The position numbers and the translations under genes are program-made. The notes below the pieces were generated by a model. That model did no database searches. It had not been told where the DNA came from and saw only the letters and a program-made list of their open reading frames with translations. A stretch of 64,000 nucleotides of DNA from Cyanophora paradoxa CCMP329 (lineage: Eukaryota > Plantae > Glaucophyta), in NCBI GenBank assembly GCA_004431415.1, contig QPMI01000261.1, positions 1 to 64,000 of the forward strand, in the 5' to 3' direction. Below, piece after piece: positions 59,613-64,000 of the stretch; positions within the stretch are counted from its first letter, which is position 1, and each line of letters opens with the position of its first letter.

Positions 59613-62450
59613 CTATATTGGTTTGAAGTCGTCGCCTTCGGGCGCCTCTGCATTCGCTTCGGGGGCGACCTTGGGGCCGCCGCCGCCTTCCCGCGGGAGG
59701 GGCTCCGGGGCCCGCGAGAGCCACTTGGGCTGCCCGGGGGGCTTCGGAGGGTCCGCCCAGCCCTCCTTGGGGGTCGGCGGAAGCCAGAAGCGGCCGGCCG
59801 GCTGCGCGGGGTGAGGCTGGGCGGGGCGGGCGGGGCGGGGCGGGCGGGGCGGGCCTTGGGGGCACTGATGGCCTGCACGCCGCTCTGCTCGACGAAAAGG
59901 CCGCCGGCCGGGGGCGCCACCCCCACCCCGGGGTCCTTCTCCGACACCTGCCGCCCCGTTGCCCCCGCGCCGCTCCGCGGCGCCCCGCCCCCGCACGCAC
60001 CCAGGGGCCGACGGGCCGCTTCTCGGCCTCGGCGAGGGGCGCGTCGCCCTTGCCGTCGCTCGCGAGGGTGCGGGGGGCGTCGGCGACGCGGGAGGGGCGG
60101 AACCAGCGGGCGCTGAGGGGGCAGCAGGCGACGAGGGCGAGGGCGGCGGCGGCGACGACCAGCACGACGCCCCGCCGAAGAACCCGGCTGCACCCGGTCC
60201 GCTGCCGCCCCCCCCCCCCCCCGCTCGCCCCGGCCCCCGCCTCGCAGCGCGCCGCCGGCGGGCCGGGCCGCGCACCAGTGAGTGTGTAGTTGACGGGGAT
60301 GGTGAAGTAGGTGCGCGCCTCGGTCGCCACGCTCAGGTTCACCTGAGGCGGCTTCGTGGGAGGCGGCGGGGCGGCGGGGGCGGCGGGGCGGACGGCGACG
60401 GGCTGGTAGGGTGTCTGGGGGAAGAAGGGGTCCGCGAGGCGGGGGTAGTGCCTGCTGAGCTCCGCGGCGTCGGGGGTCACGCACTGCACGAAGTTCTCCC
60501 GCCCCACGCTCCTGATCCCCGTCACCTGCGCCCCGCCGCGTCCCTCCCTGCCCGGCCCCGCCCCCGCGAGGCGGCGCTCGCCTTGCCCTCCACCGTGAAG
60601 TTGAGCTCCGACTCGGGCGCCCGCCCCGAGATGCGGCACGTCAGGTTCAGCTTCGCGAACTGCGCCCGACCCGCCCGTAAGCGTCGCCACGCCGGGGCGC
60701 GGCGGGGCGGGCGCCTGGTTGGGGCTGGGGACGCTGTAGCCGCCCACAAGGACCTCGACGCTGCCGCGGATGCCGCCCTTGCGCGGCGCCATCCCCTCGA
60801 AGAGGTCTGCGCCCCCGCCTCGGCCCCCGCCCCGCGGCGCGCGAGCGCGGGGGGCGCGCACAGCCGGGGCGGGTGATCTGGTAGAGGAGCTGGGCGGAGG
60901 TGGTGACCTTGCGCTTGCGGAACCAGTTCACGGTGTCGTACTCGATCGACTCGAACTGGATGTTCGCCCCCGAGTCCGGCCCCGGGTCGATTGAGTTGAC
61001 CAGCAGCGTCCCTGGCGGGGCCTCGGCGCCGCCCCGCACCCCGCCTGCCCCGCGGCCGGCGGCGCACCGTCGCCGGCGTAGAAGGAGGTGCGGAACGGGT
61101 GCACGTACCTGCGCCCCGCGTCGGCAGCCGGGGCGGGGCGGGGCGGCGCGGGGCGCGGGGCGGGGCGGGGCGGGGCCGGGGGCGGACTCGAGGTCCTGCT
61201 CGAGGTAGCGCTGGCGGCGGCCGGTGTCGGCGTCGTAGGCGACCACCTGCGGGCGGCCCACCGACGTGTCGTACCCTGCCGGGCCCCCCGCGTCGCCGGG
61301 GCGCGGGGCGCGGGGGCGCGGGGGCGCGGGGGCACCGAGGGCGACGACGCGGGAGCGCTCGGGGTCGAAGTTGAGGGAGGTGACGCGGGCGGGGACCGCC
61401 ACGAAGCGCGCCGTCCCGTTCTCCACCGCCACGCTCACCAGCAGGTTCTCCCCCGAGCTCCCGTTGTACATCGTGCAGTAGTACACCGCCGTCGCCGGGT
61501 TCAGCGCCGCTGCCCGCCCCGTCAGCCGCGCGGCGCGGGGCGCGGGGCGGGGCCGGCGCACAGGGCCCCGGGACGATGGCGAGCTCGGGGGGGAAGATGT
61601 ACTTCGCCGTTGCCTGCGCCAGGTCGATCTGCGCCCCGCCCCGTCGCGCGCGCCGCAGCCCGGCGCGGCGCGGCGCGGGCCGGGCCTCGAAGGCGATGAG
61701 GGCGGAGCGGTCGGTTGGGAGGGCGGGCTGGGAGCTGTCGGCGCCGCCGCCGTCAGTGGTGAGGGTGGAGACGACGGTGCCGACGGCGGCGGAGATCCAT
61801 CGGGAGGCGAGGCCGTAGATGGTGCGCCGCTCCTCGTGGTACTCCCAGTTCGAGCGCAGGTACGGCACCCGCTGCTCCGTCCACGTCCCGTCCCTGCGCC
61901 CCGCTCGCCCCGGCCCCGGCCCCGCCCCGCGCCCCGCACCGGATGTCCACCACCCGGATGAAGCCCTGCGGCGCGCCGCTCGGCGCGGGGCTTGGGGGGC
62001 GGGGGCGGGGGCGGGGCGGGCCTGGGGCGTCTGGTAGAGGAACTGGACGCGCTCCGTGTCGAAGGCGGTGCAGCCGTGGACGATCGGCTGGTTCATCGCC
62101 TCGTCCAGGTTCGTCAGCGGCACAACCTCCCCGCTATCGTGCACCGCCACCCACCACGTGCTGCCCCCGTCCCTCAGCTCCAGCCCCGGCGGAGGCCACG
62201 GTGCGGCCCTAGGCGCGCGCTTGCCTGCCCCTCAGCTTGGCGATGCCGTACGTGATGCTTGCCATGTCCGGCGTAGGCGTTGGCTCTGCAGGCGACTTAG
62301 GGCGCACTTAGAGCTAGGGCGGGTGCCGCCACCTTGCGCGTGGCCGTAGCTCCAAAGCAGACATGAGGCAAGTAGCATCCACTTAACTATGGAGGCGTGC
62401 CGCTGCACAGTCCAGCAAGCCCGTCCCACAGGGGGCAGCGGCCTTGCCAT
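59613..62450 (-). CDS. Type I membrane protein with beta-propeller-like and IPT-like ectodomain
   Basis: Hydrophobic leader (WMLLASCLLWSYGHAQ); blade-like repeats (TAFDTERVQFLY, WEYHEERRTIYGL, ALNPATAVYY, LNFDPERSRVVAL); IPT-like MAPRKGGIRGSVEVLVGG..LTCR..VQCVTP; TM GVVLVVAAAALALVACC; Pro-rich tail. Confidence 0.65.
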
Positions 62451-62731
62451 GCTGGCTCCGCTTGACGCAGGAGTCCTGGAGCCAGCAAGTTTGTTTTCAG
62501 CCCTTGCCGCCTCATATAGAGCGTGAAAGCGCTACGCCATCGCCGCCGTGGCACCGCAGCCGGCCCTGCGGCAGTTGCTCAAGCTTTTGGTACTGTTGAA
62601 GCGTAGGTAAATCTCTATACGTAAATAAGGAGCTCGCGGCGCTCGCAAGCGGAGGACGGCTGCAGGGTGCTGATGAGCCGTACCCAGGCAACTTTGTCGT
62701 ACCCAAACCGAGGTTGCGGATCGAAGAGCGA

Positions 62732-64000
62732 ATGAGTGCCGCAGACGTTGCGAGTCCCGCAGAGGGCGCCGATGTGGCGGTGCGCACGCGCTTCTCTCCC
62801 CTTCCAGGCGCGCCGCGAATTGCTGACAAACTTCGCCCATCCAAAGCCGCCGTCGCGGTATTTCAACCGCAAGCGCCGCGGATCTGTTAGTGCCGAATGC
62901 GATACTGCGAACCCGGAGGATGCGTTGCCCAAGCGCGTGTTTCCGAAGACAGAAGAGGAGAAGGTTTGTGACCCGCTCGGGCTTCTTTCGGGTGCTGGCG
63001 GTGTGTTTCGACGCTAATTACACATTTCTCGTTTCTCAGCGCCGGATAGAGAAGTCCATCGCCAACAATATCCTGTTCTCGCACTTGGACGACGCGCAGC
63101 GGAAAGAAGTGTTCGAGGCCATGTTCGAGGCCGCTAAGAAGGCGGGCGAGGTCGTTATCAAGCAGGGTTCGCACCGCGCGGCTGCTGGGTGCAAGCCCGC
63201 TGTTCTTATGTGGGGGAACTTCCCGACCCGCGTAGGCGATGAGGGCGACAACTTCTACCTTGTTGATAGCGGCACCTTCGATGTTTATGTGAAGAAGGAG
63301 GACAAGGATGCGCTGGTTCTCACTCTCCAGGATGGCGGCAGCTTCGGTGAACTCGCGCTCATGTACAACTGTCCACGCGCTGCCACCGTGAAGGTTTGTC
63401 GCTCTCCGTGGAGTACGACATGGTCTTCACCTGCGGTTTGCAGGCACGCACCGACGGCAAGCTCTGGGCAATGGACCGTGCTACGTTCCGGCGGATTCTT
63501 ATGGACACGACCAGCCGCAAGCGGAAGCAGTACGAGGACTTCCTTAAGAACGTGCCTCTTCTTGGTTCGCCGGAGATCCAGCTACTCAAGCCTCGTGTTG
63601 ATCTGCTGCTGACATGCTTTGCTGCGCAGCTTCTATGGACTTCTACGAGCGTTGCACGATCGCGGATGCTTTGATGCCGGTCACTTTCAAGAAGGGCGAG
63701 ACGGTTATCAACCAGGGCGACATTGGTGATGTGTTCTACATCATCGAGGAGGTGCGTGGGTTGCGGGTGCTAAGCTGAGGCCCTCTGGCACGTTCATTTC
63801 AAGGGAAATCTCTAATATACGACGGGCTGCAGGGCGATGCCGTTGCGAAGAAGGCACCCGCGGAAGGCGGCCCCGCCGTCGAGGTGATGCGCTTGAAGAA
63901 GGGTGCAGACCCCCCGCCCCTACCGACGAGCGCCAGCGCGTGACTGTCCGCGCCGCCAGGTGACTACTTCGGAGAGCTGTCGCTCCTTACCGATAAGCCT
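62732..64000 (+). CDS. cAMP-dependent protein kinase regulatory subunit (runs off the window's right edge)
   Basis: Inhibitor site RKRRGSVSAE; FPKTEEE; ILFSHLD; VIKQ|GDEGDNFY; cNMP-A GSFGELALMYNCPRAATV; LWAMDRATFRRIL; cNMP-B begins (DYFGELSLL). Confidence 0.95.

Noticed and set aside
1-64000. A functional ciliary/Ca2+/cAMP cluster (IFT122, SK channel, IQCB1, PKA-R)
   Set aside because: The genes are tens of kb apart and interspersed with unrelated housekeeping genes; there is no evidence of clustering.

Overview
This is very GC-rich eukaryotic nuclear DNA with about 24 protein-coding genes broken by many short (mostly about 45-70 nt) spliceosomal introns, so most long ORFs in the supplied track are GC artefacts; gene models below were spliced by hand. 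Plastid transit peptides with an N-terminal aromatic motif (HisI MASFV..., Ser[10 protein letters not shown]...) plus flagellar genes (IFT122, IQCB1) are consistent with a flagellated alga such as the glaucophyte Cyanophora (inference). Genes in order: IFT122 (partial), SPT5, SK/KCNN-like K+ channel, BTB protein, organellar SerRS, eIF4B-like, PP2C, Furry/Tao3/MOR2, GT2 glycosyltransferase, stand-alone HisI, Ctr copper transporter, BRUTUS/Pirh2-type CHY-RING E3, DEG protease, a hypothetical protein, C2-GYF protein, DUSP-UBX fusion, IQCB1/NPHP5, HAD nucleotidase, esterase, IPT+GT-like secreted protein, a myristoylated hypothetical protein, GATA factor, a type I membrane protein and a PKA regulatory subunit (partial). 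The best lead is a 141-nt structured element present at 139/141 identity in two unusually long introns of the CHY-RING gene, which sits head-to-head with the copper transporter. Other notable patterns are a strand-symmetric C-to-G skew wave that also sets synonymous codons, very frequent GC-AG introns, chains of overlapping palindromes in non-coding DNA, near-universal divergent gene pairing, and unusual domain fusions. No tRNA, rRNA, CRISPR array or transposase was recognised. Family calls come from remembered motifs, not database searches, and several start codons are approximate.
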